NCBI GenBank assembly: GCA_951406725.2
Contig: OX597816.1
Location: forward strand, 102,734,001 to 102,798,000
DNA: 64,000 nucleotides
Reading direction: 5' to 3'
Source: Octopus vulgaris
Lineage: Eukaryota
In this document: one piece after another, positions 14,230-28,044 of the stretch
Position numbering within the stretch: position 1 is the stretch's first letter
Layout: every line of letters starts with the position of its first letter
Notes under the pieces: generated by a model
What the model was told of the DNA's origin: nothing
The model's input: only the letters and a program-made list of their open reading frames with translations
The model's database searches: none
Program-made: the position numbers and the translations under genes

Positions 14230-14390
14230 GATACAGGACATCACCAACAGTAAACAACATGCAATACGAAAACAAATGACTTCGATACGCAAACAACGAG
14301 AGAAACAAAAGGAAAACAAGACAAGTAAAATAAAGAACCAACCCTTCATCAGTTGTCGGCTGTCTATCTACTCCTCATTTCGAGCAACAC
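14230..14390 (-). mobile_element. Fragment of repeat family P (Penelope-like terminal region)
   Basis: Aligns by eye with 25430-25580, 38690-38860 and 56166-56210 (CTTCATCAGTTGTC.GCTGTCTATCTACTC..ATTTCGAGCA). Confidence 0.6.
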
Positions 14391-14577
14391 CCACGCATAT
14401 ATATGTATATGATATAAAAAAATATTATATAATACAACACTTACTCACTGCTGGGTGCCTGACAAATACAGATTCACCAGACTAATCTTTGAATTAAAAT
14501 TATTCCACATTCTACTTTGCAGTATTGTGTTCTATACATACAATACAGTTTAAATATACCATATATTTATATATACA

Positions 14578-14620
<43 letters not shown>

Positions 14621-14695
14621 ACATGTATATATATATGTGTGTGTGTGTATGTGTGTATATATACATACATCATATATACATATATACATACATAC

Positions 14696-14745
<50 letters not shown>

Positions 14746-14895
14746 GGACTATTAGATGAGTCAGATATGCTGAGATTTGAACTTAAATTCCGAATTCATC
14801 GTCCAGTGCTAAGACCACGGCGTCAAAAGCAGCTATAAAAGAAATCCAAGGCAACCTGATATAGATGTAGTGATGCAGATAAACATAGTTAGGCT

Positions 14896-14944
<49 letters not shown>

Positions 14945-14959
14945 CACGCACATACATAA

Positions 14960-15160
14960 TCTCTCAAGAAGACTCCCATCTCCGACTTTTCTATGACTCT
15001 TTCTGCCTCCCTCTTTGCCGTCGCCCACGTTTCACTTGCATAGTGCATGTCATGTGCAGTTGAAGAGGTTTGTCGTGGTTCCCTTTCAGCACATCATCCG
15101 CTGCTTTGAACGCTCTCCAGCCTGATTTTCTTCGCTAAATCTCATTGTTCATGTCGTCTG
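14960..15160 (-). pseudogene. RTE-clade LINE fragment (post-RT region)
   Basis: Translates to NEI*RRKSGWRAF and YASETWATAKREAER, typical of RTE ORF2 downstream of RT. Confidence 0.6.
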
Positions 15161-15191
15161 ATTATCGTGTTAGGCTCTTGTAATATTCAAG

Positions 15192-15784
15192 TTCTTCAAG
15201 GCGGCGAGCTGGCTGAAACGTTTGCACACCAGGTGAAATGCTTATCGGTATTTCGTCCGTCTTTACTTCTGAGTTCAAATTCCGCCGAGGTCGACTTTGC
15301 CTTTCATACTTTCGGGATCGATAAATTAAATACCAGTTGCGTACTGTAGTCGATCTAATCGACTGACCCCCTCCCCCAAAATTTCGGGCCTTGTACCTAG
15401 AGCAGAAAATAATATTTTAAAGACGGCGAACTGGCAGAAACGTTAGCATGCCGGGCGAAATGCTTAGCGGTATTTCGTCTGCCGTTACGTTGTGAGTTCA
15501 AATTTCGCCGAGGTCGACTTTGCCTTTCATCCGTTTCGGGGTCGATAAATTAAGTACCAGTTAAGCACTGGGGTCGATATAATCGACTTAATACCTATGT
15601 CTGTCCATGTTTGTCCCCTCTATGTTCAGCCCCTTGTGGGTAATAAAGAAATAGGTATTACGCCTGTCTTTATTTCTGAGTTCAAATTCCACCGAGGTCG
15701 ACTTTGCCTTTCATCATTTCTGGGGTCGATCTAATCGACTGGCAAAAGTTTCGTGCCTTGTGCCTAGAGTAGAAAAGAATATTC
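15192..15784 (+). mobile_element. SINE family A monomer + dimer bracketed by a 20-bp direct repeat
   Basis: Heads GGCGGCGAGCTGGC at 15200 and about 15422; AGGCTCTTGTAATATTCAAG at 15172-15191 and 15785-15804. Confidence 0.85.
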
Positions 15785-16017
15785 AGGCTCTTGTAATATT
15801 CAAGCATCCACCAGCTAAAATCAGTGGAAAGGACGAACCAATGAGGGATACCCAAGCTACCTCTTCGTAGTGGTTAGGCTACCTAGAAAAAGTTGCTAAG
15901 TATCCCTCAAATAATACTGTATCACCCTGAAAGGACGGGGTTGATTATGTGATTTTCTTTTCTTTTACCTTCTTGTTTCAGTCAGATATATTTGTATCTA
16001 TGTGCGTGTGTGCGTGC

Positions 16018-16079
<62 letters not shown>

Positions 16080-16081
<2 letters not shown>

Positions 16082-16285
16082 GTGTGTCTTTGTGTCTATG
16101 TTTGTTCCTATCACCGCTTGACAACCGGTGTTGGTTTGTTAACATCCTCTTAACTTAACGGTTCAGCAAAAAGGTTTCCAGTAGATTAAGTATCATGCTT
16201 AAACATGATACTGGGGTTCAACTCTTCAAAGCGGTGCCCCAGCATAGCCACAGTCCTATGACTGAAGCAAGTATGAAAAGAGAGA
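16080..16285 (+). mobile_element. SINE family B 3' half
   Basis: CGCTTGACAACCGGTGTTGG...GCGGTGCCCCAGCATAGCCACAGTC. Confidence 0.75.
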
Positions 16286-17009
16286 CAGACACCCCCCCCC
16301 CCAAAAAAAAAAACAAGATTAAATGATAAAAGAATTTCATAACTTGAAACATTCACACGTAGACTTTTATCACAAGTCGCAAACGAACGCACGTAGAACA
16401 CGTATACTTGCACTCATAAAAATGTACATATATTTCATACCAACACACATACGTACATCCATTCATCTACACCATCCCTCTCCTCGCACCTACACGGAAG
16501 AGAAGTAGAGAGACAGACTTGTATGTAAGCCAGTAAAGTGGAACGCACTCAGATGACGTTTCGTCTGCCACAGTGTCACGTGATATTGCGATTACCACCA
16601 TATTGGTGCCACGATCAAAGCACAAGACAGATGGTTTGTGTGTCAATCGGGTATCATTTAACTATGTAGCAGTTACCCACACTTATTCACCCTTGACCTC
16701 ATCTGAAGTGCATCATCAAATGTTAAAGTAGATGGATAGTGAAAATTTCGAGTTCTAATACTTGCTCTAGACGCATAAATTCCTTTTTATCTATTTGCTT
16801 CTTTCTCTCTTTCTCTTTCTCCTTGCTCTTCTTTCTCTTCCTATGTTCTTTTCTCCCCCCGCCACGTCCAGTCTATTTTTAGTCTTATCATTCAGTCAAT
16901 CGATGTTTCTATGTATCTATCGCTATGTCTGAATACCTACCTATAAGTTTACCTCTCATACCTCTTCCAGGTTTGCACACACACACACGTAAGAATATAC
17001 ATGTGTGTA

Positions 17010-17088
<79 letters not shown>

Positions 17089-17117
17089 GTATATATATAT
17101 GTATATATATGTATATA

Positions 17118-17229
<112 letters not shown>

Positions 17230-17244
17230 TGCATGAATGAATGC

Positions 17245-17635
17245 AGGCGTGGCTGTGTGGTAAGGAGCTTGCTTCTCAACAACGTGGCTCCGTGTTCAAT
17301 TCCCCGTGATTGGCATCTTGTGCAGATGTCTGTTTTCAGTTGCCTGAATTGACCACAATAGTTATTTTTATTAAAGCCTGATAGTTATTCTGTCGGTTCC
17401 TTTCTGCTGAACCGCCGTTACGGGGACGTAAACAAACCAACACGGTTTGTGGGGGGGACAAACACAGGCACAAAGACATACACGCACACATTCTCGCACA
17501 TACGATAAGCTCAATTCAATTTCCTTCTACCAAATCCACTCACAAAACTTTGGTCAGCTCGAGGTTATAATAAAATATATTTGCCCAAGGTTTCACGCGG
17601 TGGGACTGAACCCAGAACCATGCGACTGGAAAGCA
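17245..17635. mobile_element. Two SINE family B pieces in opposite orientation
   Basis: + strand head GGCGTGGCTGTGTGGTAAG at about 17246; minus-strand body about 17370-17635. Confidence 0.7.
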
Positions 17636-17720
17636 ATGATGACTGTTGAGGAATTAGCAACTTCTTGTATATATATATATATATATGCATGCACGCACAT
17701 ACACATGCATACATACACAC

Positions 17721-17766
<46 letters not shown>

Positions 17767-18797
17767 CTAGCATTAAAGACCCGTCGTTGCTGGGTCATAG
17801 TGCTAGTGCATGTATATATGTGTATATATATATGTGTACATATTACATGTACATCTACATATATATACATCTACATATATATACATCTACACATAAAATA
17901 CAAAATACAAAGTTATATCTTGATATCGCTAGTGATAACAATACTCAAAATATATAACATACTGGAATTGTTAGCCCGTCTCTTGTAATTTCGATGAATT
18001 GTATCTTGTCCTCTCTCTTGTATAGAAGTGTGGCTACAATCCACCCTACCTCTACTTCTGGGTGGGGTGGGGTGGGGGGGCATTTTAAATTTTTTCCGGG
18101 ACGTCCTACGTCCCAGATATAAAGGTAAAAATAAAATATTTCCACTTTTAAGGTTCGAGTCGAGTACTCCCTTGCACTCCCTTGACTCGAACCTTGCTTC
18201 TATTGTGGCGAATTTACCGCCTCTGATTAGATACCTTTCATAGTCGCACCAAGACACTTTTCGAAGGTGCTTTCCTCCATGTGTTCCAATCTTTTTTCTC
18301 TACATTGTATACTTTGTAGACAATAGTCTTTTCTTTAATTTAAGTTTTTATTATCCATCTGGACTATTCCATTTCTGCACGCTAGTTTTATTTTTAATTT
18401 ACTCCCATTCATGTGAAACCACTTATTCAAGTTCAAATCATTGATGCAATTTCATACGAATTGCTATTTTTACTTATATTATACTTTAGTTTGATTTTAA
18501 TTATTACTTACTACATATAATTCAATTGTTATTATTATTTTTATTGTTAAAGTGAAAGTATCTGACATAAAATAGAGAAACGTTTTGTTTCACTTTTAAC
18601 ACGTAATACTGAAATAGTGGAGAAGATATGATATTGCTATGGGCTCGCTCTAGGCAAGAAGTTGAACATTATTTTGCCCATGAAACTACATGGACCCTAA
18701 GTAAGGCATGTGTAAAATTTGAATGAAATTGGTTGCGTAGTTCTCAAGTTTTAGGGAAACAGACAGACAGACACACATTCTCAGTTTTATATATATA
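17767..18797 (-). mobile_element. Non-autonomous Helitron (~1 kb)
   Basis: Minus 3' end GACCCAGCAACGACGGGTC-TTTAATG-CTAG|T; minus 5' end TATATATAAAACTGAGAATGTGTGTCTGTCTG...CAACCAATTTCATTCAAATTTTACACA, resembling the start of 5577. A related piece lies at 50920-51110. Confidence 0.7.
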
Positions 18798-18854
18798 TAT
18801 AAATATATAAGCACGTGTCTATCGATGCATTATATATATATATATATATATATG

Positions 18855-19020
18855 TAGTTCAAATTTACAGAAAACGAAAGACAAGAAGGTGTATTAGTTT
18901 ATCGCTCAGGAAAAAGTCTTTGACGTTTCGAGCCTACACTCATTGACAGAAAAGATTGAGAGGAAAAAAAAAAGGTGGAGAGAGACCGAAAAAAGCGGTG
19001 AGAGAAAAAAATGTGTAGGG
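18855..19020 (-). mobile_element. Penelope-like terminal fragment with decayed minimal hammerhead
   Basis: Minus: TTTT-CTGTCAA-tGAGtgtaggCTC-GAAAC-GTC-AAAG; related piece at 43414-43520 (+). Confidence 0.5.
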
Positions 19021-19211
19021 ATTAACGGTTCAACTCGATGAAATGGCCGTGTGTGTGTGTGTGTGTGTGTGACGGTTCAACTCGATGAAATGGCCGTGTG
19101 TGTGTGTGTATGTATGTGTGTGTGTACACATACATACACACACACACACACATACATACATACATACATACATACATACATACATACATACATACATACA
19201 TACATACGTAC

Positions 19212-19293
19212 ATATACGTGTACATGAACTCTGGTGTTCAATATTAGGTTCCCTTGAAAATTTGGTCCATTCATACACTGTTTGATCTTCATA
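19212..19293 (-). CDS. Candidate exon (YEDQTVYEWTKFSREPNIEHQSSCTRI), C-type-lectin-like EPN...C pattern
   Basis: CTAAC branch-like site plus TTCGTTTTAGTTTTCATACAG acceptor; GTACGT donor; open frame. Confidence 0.3.
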
Positions 19294-20354
19294 CTGTATG
19301 AAAACTAAAACGAAGTTAGCTTCTGCTGAAGCATATCCATTTGTAGTTTATTGGGCAAGACCGGAAATCGCAGGTATAAGGAGCAACAGAAGTGCACTTT
19401 TTGCCGGAAATCAGAGTGTTGTCGCAGTTTCGGTTCGTTGGGTACTTATTTCTACTTGCTTCTTTGCTAATAAACGTATACCTTCATAAACGTGTTCGCG
19501 TTCACTCTCATATTCTCGTTTAAGCGTTCATACGCACTTACGCACATACACACACACTCACGAAGACTTTCATATTTACAAACGTGAAATACTGTTTCAA
19601 ATAGACACGCATATACACAGACATAGATACAGATATAATGAATGAACTTAACATCACTGAACCTTCCCTAAAGATAGATGAAATACTGGCAGCAGCAGCT
19701 ATTTTCTGCATGAGCCTGAACACTCACATTTTCCACTGCAATAGAAAAGTGTTTGTTCTGGAGAAAACGGATATTCTGAATGGCCTCGAACATGCGGCAG
19801 GGATGTTTCTTAGTGGGAGAGGAACCAACTTCAGTATTTCACTGGTACATTATTTCATTCACACACACACACACACACACATCCTGCAGTTTTCTTCAAC
19901 CATTTTTCACACGCAAAGTTTGAATCGAATCAATGCTTTCGTAAGAAGATACTTGTGCAAACACCTTGCCAGCGAGCTCGAGGCCGAAACCATGCCATTG
20001 CCAAGAGAAAATTTTAACAATAAAGAATGAAAGAAAATGTTGTCCACGGAGTGATTTGAACCTGGAGTACAAACGGCAAGAACAAATATCACACGGTTAA
20101 TGTCCGGCGTTTTGAAAATTGCTCTAAACAGGATGTCTAGTTTTAATTATTTCATAATTATTATGTTGGCAATTACCATTCGCTATTCCCATGTAATAAG
20201 TGTCGATAATTAAGTTGGGAATTAATTTTAATGCAATAATTAACATAGTATACAGCAGAATGCCTTTAGAGGTCGTCCCAAATTTCTGTGCATCGAACTC
20301 AAATACGGCCGAGGTCACCTTTGCTGTTTCACTTTTTCATGGTGTTTCCCTTAT

Positions 20355-20670
20355 TTTTTTTACTTGTTTTAATCAGTGGACTGCGGCCATACTGGGACAC
20401 CACCTTGAAGAGTTTATTCGAGCCAATATATCGGTCTATTTTCCTGATGGACGTAAGCAAACCAATACCGGTTGTGAAGCAGTGGTGGGGGACAAATACA
20501 CACACACGCATCTATCTATCTATCTATCTACCCACAAACGATGGACTTCTTTCAGCTTCCGCCCACCGATTCTACTCAAAAGGCTTTGATCGGCCGGGGC
20601 TGTAGAAGAAGACGCTGGGGGACTGAACCTGGAATCACGTGACTGGGAAGTAAACTTCTTACCACGCATA
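20355..20670 (-). mobile_element. SINE family B, degenerate
   Basis: GACTGCGGCCATACTGGGACACCACC...GGGACTGAACC...AAACTTCTTACCAC. Confidence 0.7.
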
Positions 20671-20974
20671 TAAGTAAAGAAGTAATCCAGTCGGTTGTAT
20701 TGTCTCTCTCTTTCTCCTCCCTCTTTCTCACTATCTCCGCGTTTATGTTTCTATGTTGATTTGTTATTTAAAGGTCCGGCCTCGTCACATTGTCGCACGC
20801 TGAGTTGGGTCCATTACAATGCAAAACAATGGACACATTAATTATATAAGTAGGAACATTCATCGTTGAGATGTATGTATGTATGTATGTATGTATGTAT
20901 GTATGTATGTATGTATGTTCGTGTGTATATATATTCTGGACATCATAAAATAAGCTTTATATATATATATATAT

Positions 20975-21022
<48 letters not shown>

Positions 21023-21052
21023 GACAGACATAGGTATGTACACAACCGTATG

Positions 21053-21141
<89 letters not shown>

Positions 21142-21415
21142 TCTTAATTATACGTAATATGTGTGTAGATATGTGTAGTGTATATGTTATATATTACGTG
21201 TTTAACGCATTGCAATGAATACACACACATACACATACACTCTCACTTACACACATGCATACACTCACACACACACACTCGCACATCTTTGTAGTTAATG
21301 AACCGTGTGTCACTTTAATCTTATCACAAATTAATACAAAACAATTATATGCATTCCACTCTGCCTGGATGATAATAGATGACATGCACGCATTTAAGAA
21401 CACATCTGAGTCTAG

Positions 21416-21509
<94 letters not shown>

Positions 21510-21994
21510 GCTCACTCTCTCACGCATTCACTCACTCACTTACTCACACACACAATTGCATTTTTTGGTGGAAATCTATATAGGTTTTATAAACACCATC
21601 TAATAAGTGTGACAATGGGTATGAATTATATGACGGGAACCATCTGAGTAAGACCGTCAAAGACCCTGGTAGATTACGGGATATATTTTATTGACCCACA
21701 AAATGGTGAAAGGCAAAACCAACTTAAGGACGGAAAAAGACGTAACTGAATAACGCAAGGCTGTTTGTTCTTTGCTCTACCGGTTCTACAAATCTACTGC
21801 CTTTATAATCGATTAATGTCGAACTCAGTACTTGATCTATAAATACCTACTTTATTGACCCTCTGAAAAGACTGAAAAGGGGGGGGGGATCCACGGTTCG
21901 CTTCAGCAGGATTTGAAAACAGAAAAATACATATAACCAATTACTAGAAAACATTTTATTCGTCAAATGATTTCTATTGGCTCTCCGTCGGTTA

Positions 21995-22245
21995 CGTGAA
22001 ATTAATGTGCAAGTGGCTGAGCACTCCACAAACACGCATACCCTTAACGTAGTTCTCAAGGAGATTCAGCGTGACACAGAGTGTCACAAGGTTAGTCCTT
22101 TTGGACTATCGGTAATACTCATTTTTGCCAGCTGAATTGACTGGAGCAACGTGAAGTAAAGCGTCTTGCTGAAGGGCATAACGCTCCGCCGGGAATCGAA
22201 CTCATGACTTTACGACCGTGAATACTCCAACCACTAGTCCACGTA
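21995..22245 (-). mobile_element. tRNA-derived SINE 'family C'
   Basis: Minus head GTGGACTAGTGGTT...GAGTTCGATTCCCGG (A/B boxes), then CCCTTCAGCAAGACGCTTTACTTCACGTTGCTCCAGTC; relatives at 23785-23910 and 63580-63682. Confidence 0.75.
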
Positions 22246-24773
22246 ACTTCACAAATGATTTCTGACATAGGTACGAATTCACTTATTCTAATCTGTTGCA
22301 AGCTTTTGGGCCAGGTCTTCAGTTTGGGCATTCTCTTCTCGCGTCTTAATGCATGGGCACACTGGGTATTTTCCCGGGGTCCTCGTGAATACAGGGCTCG
22401 ATTTTGATGAATGTATGCTGTAGCTTGCTATCAATGGATAAGTATTATAGGGCCCAGTGTGTTTGTTTACACAGAGCTTCATAATGCTACAAGACAGCTC
22501 TGGATATTCCCTCACTGCCAGACCCTGTAAAGGGTCACGAGCACTATATTTCTTCCACTCTAAAAGACTAAAGAAAAATTAGTTCGGCAAAAAATACTTG
22601 GTGACTTCCAACTCCTTTGATAAAATTTTCACTGAAGAATTATAAAGCTGGTTTCCTGTTGCCTTACTTTGCCTATATATAACACAGAGGACACCATCCT
22701 CTCAGTTAGTTTCAGGGAAGTTCTCCACATCTGCTTGGGCATTCAGAACGTAAAGAGCTGGATGAAATTCCGCCAAGAATTTAACAATTCAGCCGATTCC
22801 CTGCTCTTGAATAGTACATTATTTTATCGATCTTGGAAGGACGAAAAGCATGATTTAGAATTAGAATATAAAAAAATAAAAACGGAACAAATACCGCGAG
22901 GCATTTTTTCTGGTGCTCCAGCGATTCTGATATTTCTCTATCTTTACCATATTAATAGATCTAGTAATCATAATTATTATTTAATTAGAAGTTAGAGCAG
23001 ATTGTACTGAGTTACTATCAAAAACGTCTAATCCTGCGTTTATCTCCTCTCTTATTCAAATCTTGCGTGTCTTGAAATATATTATCCAATATCTGTTTTT
23101 AATGACAGAAAATGCATGATTTGATTATGTGGCTGCTATTACTTTCAGATCGAGCGACTCGTTGAGGGTTCTGCATTGGTTTTTAATAATAGTTTCTTAC
23201 AATAGTACATTGACCTTTCATAATAGTCATTTAGGAACAACGAGGGAGCATGAACACGGTCGATCGATCTGGTGGTAAAAGCAGCCAACTGCTCCTCAAA
23301 TCACATCCTACTGTTGCATGAAAAAGACAAGCGCATTTTATTTGATAATATTTGATAATAAATGCTTAGTAAATGGAAAAGATGGAGCCGTTACGATTGG
23401 AGCATCTTTGATCTGCTTGTTCACAGCTGTCCTAGGATTAAACAACAACAACAGCGACAGTAGCAGCAGCAGCAACAACAACAACAACAACAACAACAAC
23501 TACAACAACAGTAACTACAAGGACTAATGGATAGGAGACATTACAGAGACAGTTTACAAATAGTGGGGTGTGTTAACAAATCAAATGAATGAAAAATAAT
23601 TAAGGTAATGACAAGATAACTTGTAATATACCTTCATTAATTTTTTCACGTATCCTTGTAATGATAATCATCGTAATCAGACACAGACATCTGCTTGACC
23701 CCCTCCCCCACTTCATTGTCACAATGGAACATCCAGGAAGGGAAAATTGGAGGGAGGAAAGCTGTATAAGCTTTAAACTCGTATTCATTTTTCAGCTGAA
23801 TGGATTGGAGCTACGTAAAATGAAGTGTCTTGCTTAAAGGATACAATGCGCTGTCCGGTCAGAGAATCGAATCAATGACCGTACAGTCATGAGGGTGGTA
23901 CTTGGCCATGCCCCTTCTGTGGTAGTTTTGTGTAAAAATGATCAATCAATGAATCCCATAAATCCAGGATTTTACTATCAAAATATCTTCTTTTCAAATG
24001 TAAATCTATTCATTCAGGCCATGCTCACTATTTTTCACCAATACTTCAAGAAAACCGCTGTTACTTATCAAATGGAACTTTAAAAAAAAAAAATGATAAT
24101 TCAAAATTGGTGGGAATTTGGTGAAAAGAGTTTCTGTCTTCAGTCATTTCAGTCGAGTCTACCACATAACCTCTTTCGCCATGACCATCAGAGAGGAGAT
24201 CTGCTAACTCTTCCTGGTTAAACGAAAGTGGAGAGGGAGATCTTCACAATAGTCACAGACCGTAGCTGTTTTTGTTCTACCCTCCTGTAAACTTGCCTTT
24301 CCCCATATATTTACATTAAGTATGATATACTGATGGCTATTTACAACACCAGTAATTGTTTATTCACTGTTTTTCAAGATCGGTGGTGACAAATTTTGCC
24401 TTTGTATGCGGTTGGCGGTGAGTACATGCTATTGACGATGCCCAAGGCGGCAAAAATGCATCTAACGTTCTCACCAATCGCTGATTCCAATAAATATTAT
24501 AAACTAACAAATATTTGTGTACTGATAAAAATAAGAGGATCATAATTTTTTCCGCCTTGTAAGGGTGTTTCTTCTATTATAATTGCAACACTGCGTTCGA
24601 AAAAATTATCATCTTATTTGCATCGTATTATATATACGATGCACACTCATAACACATATTAGCTGAGGACGAATACTGCTGTGAATTTGCCTTTTACGAT
24701 GTATTTAGTTAAAGTGTGATACACAAATGACTGTTTTAATCTAAGAGAGCTTCAGTTGCATATAACGGATATA

Positions 24774-24824
<51 letters not shown>

Positions 24825-24882
24825 CATACGCTTAAATGTATATATGTATATATGCGTATATATATGTGTATGTGTGTTTGCA

Positions 24883-24934
<52 letters not shown>

Positions 24935-24949
24935 GCTTGATCGTGGATC

Positions 24950-25355
24950 ATTATAATTTGTCCGTGACTCTTCCTCTTTAACTCATTCTTTAACTCGTCT
25001 TCCCTCTACCTATCTTCTGTTCTACTTCCACTCTCCTTCCCTTTTCTCTTTTTCCTTTCCTTTTTGTCGCCACCAACACCAGCTACGCCGACATTCACAC
25101 CCTCTCACCATGCTTGATCTCCATTCCTTTCACCCATTCCTTTCCGTTAATTTCAAAATGTAACCACATGTGAATCATTGGCGATTTTTTTTACTCCGTC
25201 TTCCCTTCTACTGCTTCTACTTCCGAAGAAGAGCGTCTGCTCGAAACGTTAAACCATCTTTCTTTCCTTCCCTGAGCGTCTGCTAATACTTTACATGTAC
25301 CACGTCTTCACGTTGTTGTTTTTTTTGGGTGTTGGTTCTTCTTTTTGGATTTACT
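24950..25355 (+). mobile_element. Penelope-like terminal region with minimal hammerhead variant
   Basis: Pyrimidine-rich tract, then CCGAAGA-aGAGCgtctGCTC-GAAAC-GTT (25223-25250); flanked by (TA)n and (TATG)n. Confidence 0.55.
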
Positions 25356-25429
25356 ATGTATGTATGTATGTATGTATGTATGTATGTATGTATGTATGTA
25401 TGTATGTATGTATATATATGCATATATAG

Positions 25430-25891
25430 GTACAGGGATCACCAACAGTTAACTACATGAAATACGAAAACAAATGAGTTAAATACGCAAATAATGATAG
25501 AAAAAAAAGGACAAGTAATACAAAGAATAACTCTTCATCAATTGACGGCTATGTATCTACTCCCCATTTCGAGCACTCAACGACAATAGGAGTCTTTGAA
25601 GACAGTTGCTCCCATAAATATCAATGTAAAATTTTAGCTTTATGGAGAGTCAAAGTTGGGAACAAAAACAGGACTGTGGAAACATACAAGGAAACCGAAC
25701 GAAAACAAACATGGAGGGTCGTTAGACCGGAACGAGGGGAAAATAGTGAATGCAGTGAGAAATATTACCTTTGAAAAGAGAAAAGCTGGAAGGGAGAGAT
25801 AAGATACGTCCAGCCTTTAGAACGTCCGTGCAGGAAAGAAAGATGGTCACGTGAGGAAAAGAAAGATGGACGACAGTCACGTGTGAGCAAC

Positions 25892-25948
<57 letters not shown>

Positions 25949-26065
25949 AAAAGAGAAAGAGAGGAGAGAGAGAGAGAGAGATAGGCAGAAAACGGTGAAA
26001 TGGAGAAAAAGGGAATTAGAGAGGATGGGGAGAGAAAACAGTATAAAGTAGAGTTGCATCAAAGC
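25430..26065 (-). mobile_element. Repeat family P, long copy
   Basis: Colinear with 56166-56636 over about 500 bp, including GGTCACGTG motifs and the purine-rich tract. Confidence 0.7.
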
Positions 26066-26069
26066 GTTT

Positions 26070-26711
26070 GTCGACCTCATCATAAGCAGTTGTCCGAAAA
26101 TGTCATCACGGTATTTTCTACCGATGAGACAGGATGTTGTAGCTTGGACACTCTATAATGAAATCCGTCGGAAGGATAATCCGGAGGACAAAGAAATAAG
26201 AACCCACAGTATGGTAGAAGTCATAGCCACTCGTAATAAAAAGGAATACTGGTGGAATGTCCTAGTGAAAATCTCAATAAAATGTAAGCACAACAGACCT
26301 GATATAATGATTTGGAATAGAGAAGAGAAACTGTGCACAGTTGTGGAAATTAGCTGCCCAGCAGATGTTAACATAAAGCTGAAGATCAGGAGAAAGAGAA
26401 CACCTATGCTGAACTATTGAGAAATCTGCAGTTACTCTATCCAGATTACACGTTCAGGTTTATACCCATAATTTTGGAGGCCCTGGGATATGAAACACAC
26501 TGCCTAAATACCAATCTTGTGAAATTAGGCTTATCCAAACCAGAAAGGAGAAAGCTGATTCGAAGACTATAGATCCAATCCATCACTAGAATTGTAAAAA
26601 ATCTGTAAACTTTTCCAGCAGCTAATCATTTAAATGTATAGATATGCAACTATATGCACTAGAATACATACATTAAATATACATACATACATACATACAT
26701 ACATACATACA

Positions 26712-26743
<32 letters not shown>

Positions 26744-26850
26744 CCCTGTTGTTGATGTTGAAATTCTAATGAAGGAACCTTGCATCTAGAAGAGGAACCG
26801 GTTATTTCTCTATTGGCAAGAAATCTTGAAATAAACTGAATAATGACATA
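26070..26850 (+). pseudogene. 3' part of a restriction-like-endonuclease LINE (R4/Dong/NeSL group)
   Basis: IISSCPKMS..MRQDVVA..KHNRPDIMIW..VVEISCP..(frameshift)EKENTYAELL..FIPIILEALG: the CCHC/RHD and PD-(D/E)xK pattern. The 3' UTR contains and ends in (CATA)n. Confidence 0.8.
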
Positions 26851-27357
26851 CATACATACACACACACACACATACATACACACACACATACACACACACA
26901 TACACATACACACACATACACACACATACACACATACACACACACATACACACATACATACATACATACATACATACATACATACATACATACATACATA
27001 CATACATACATACATACATGGATATGAAGATATATCAGAAATTAAAATCACAGTGCAATAAGTAATTCCGTCATGAACTTCGTTAGCTTATTGCTGTTTC
27101 TGCTATAAACAATTCAATTTTGAAGCTCTGATGAGGCTATAGTGTGATGCACAAGAATTCAACTAGGAGTGCAGTGTATCTTAAAGCAGAAAGAATAGTA
27201 AGGTAATTAAGTGCAGAATATCGTTGACATTTTGATTTCTTGTTACTGATCTTTTCTCGCCTAACTCTTTGTTCAGAAGCAAATGTATATTGAGTTGCAC
27301 CAGGTTATTATTATCGCTAATAGTAATGATATGAATTAAAATAGTAACAATAACAAT

Positions 27358-27755
27358 AATGGTCTTAAATTTTGCCACAAGGACAGCAATTCTGGGAGCT
27401 GAGATGAGTCAATTACATCGACCCCAGTGATCAACTGGTACTTATTTTATGGACTCTGAAATGAAAGGCAAAGTCAACCGCGGCAGAATTTGAACTCAGA
27501 GCATAAAGACGGGTGAAATACCCATTTCTTTACTACCCACAAGGGGCTAAACAGAGGGAGGACAAACAAGGAGAGACACACGGATTAAGTCGATTATATC
27601 GACCCCAGTGTGTAACTGGTACTCATTTAATCGACCCCGAAAGGATAAAAGGCAAAGTCGACCTCGGCGGAATTTGAACTCAGAACGTAGCGGCAGACGA
27701 AATACCGCTAAGCATTTCGCCCGGCGTGCCAGCGTTTCTGCCAGCTCGCCGCCCT
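27358..27755 (-). mobile_element. SINE family A dimer
   Basis: Reverse complement of the 10520-10897 structure, with an intact head GGCGGCGAGCTGGCAGAAACG. Confidence 0.85.
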
Positions 27756-27794
27756 CCAGTAACAACAACAACAACAATGATAATAATGATAATA

Positions 27795-28040
27795 ATGAAA
27801 ATTGTAAAGGCTGTGTCTATAATAATTGATGCATTGGAAGCCATAAGCAAAGATAAAGGCAAATGTTTAAAGGAGATTGGAAAAGGATGTCGTGTAGAGC
27901 TTGTTAGGGACAGGGAAGATTATCAGGAGGGTCTTAAGCACTTGAAAGACTATTGAAAGATCGATGTCTCAGGGTAGAGGTTGTAACCCGCTGCATACAT
28001 AAATTCTACCAAGAATAAGAACGAACATGAGCAACAATAA
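27795..28040 (+). pseudogene. Short 3' fragment of an R4/Dong-like LINE in (TAA)n
   Basis: VKAVSIIIDALEAISKDKGKCLKEIG resembles the 'VVPIIIGALG.I...L..WL..IG' C-terminus; flanked by (TAA)-like repeats. Confidence 0.55.
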
Positions 28041-28044
28041 TAAT

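Noticed and set aside
16545-16712. Possible hammerhead on the minus strand (CAGATGA..GAC-GAAAC-GTC)
   Set aside because: Needs a ~140-nt stem II insert, a core mismatch and a bulged stem I.
26760-26810. Hammerhead-like CTAATGA...GGAACCGGTT in the RLE LINE 3' UTR
   Set aside because: Two core mismatches, no stem II and stem I out of register; not supportable from this copy.
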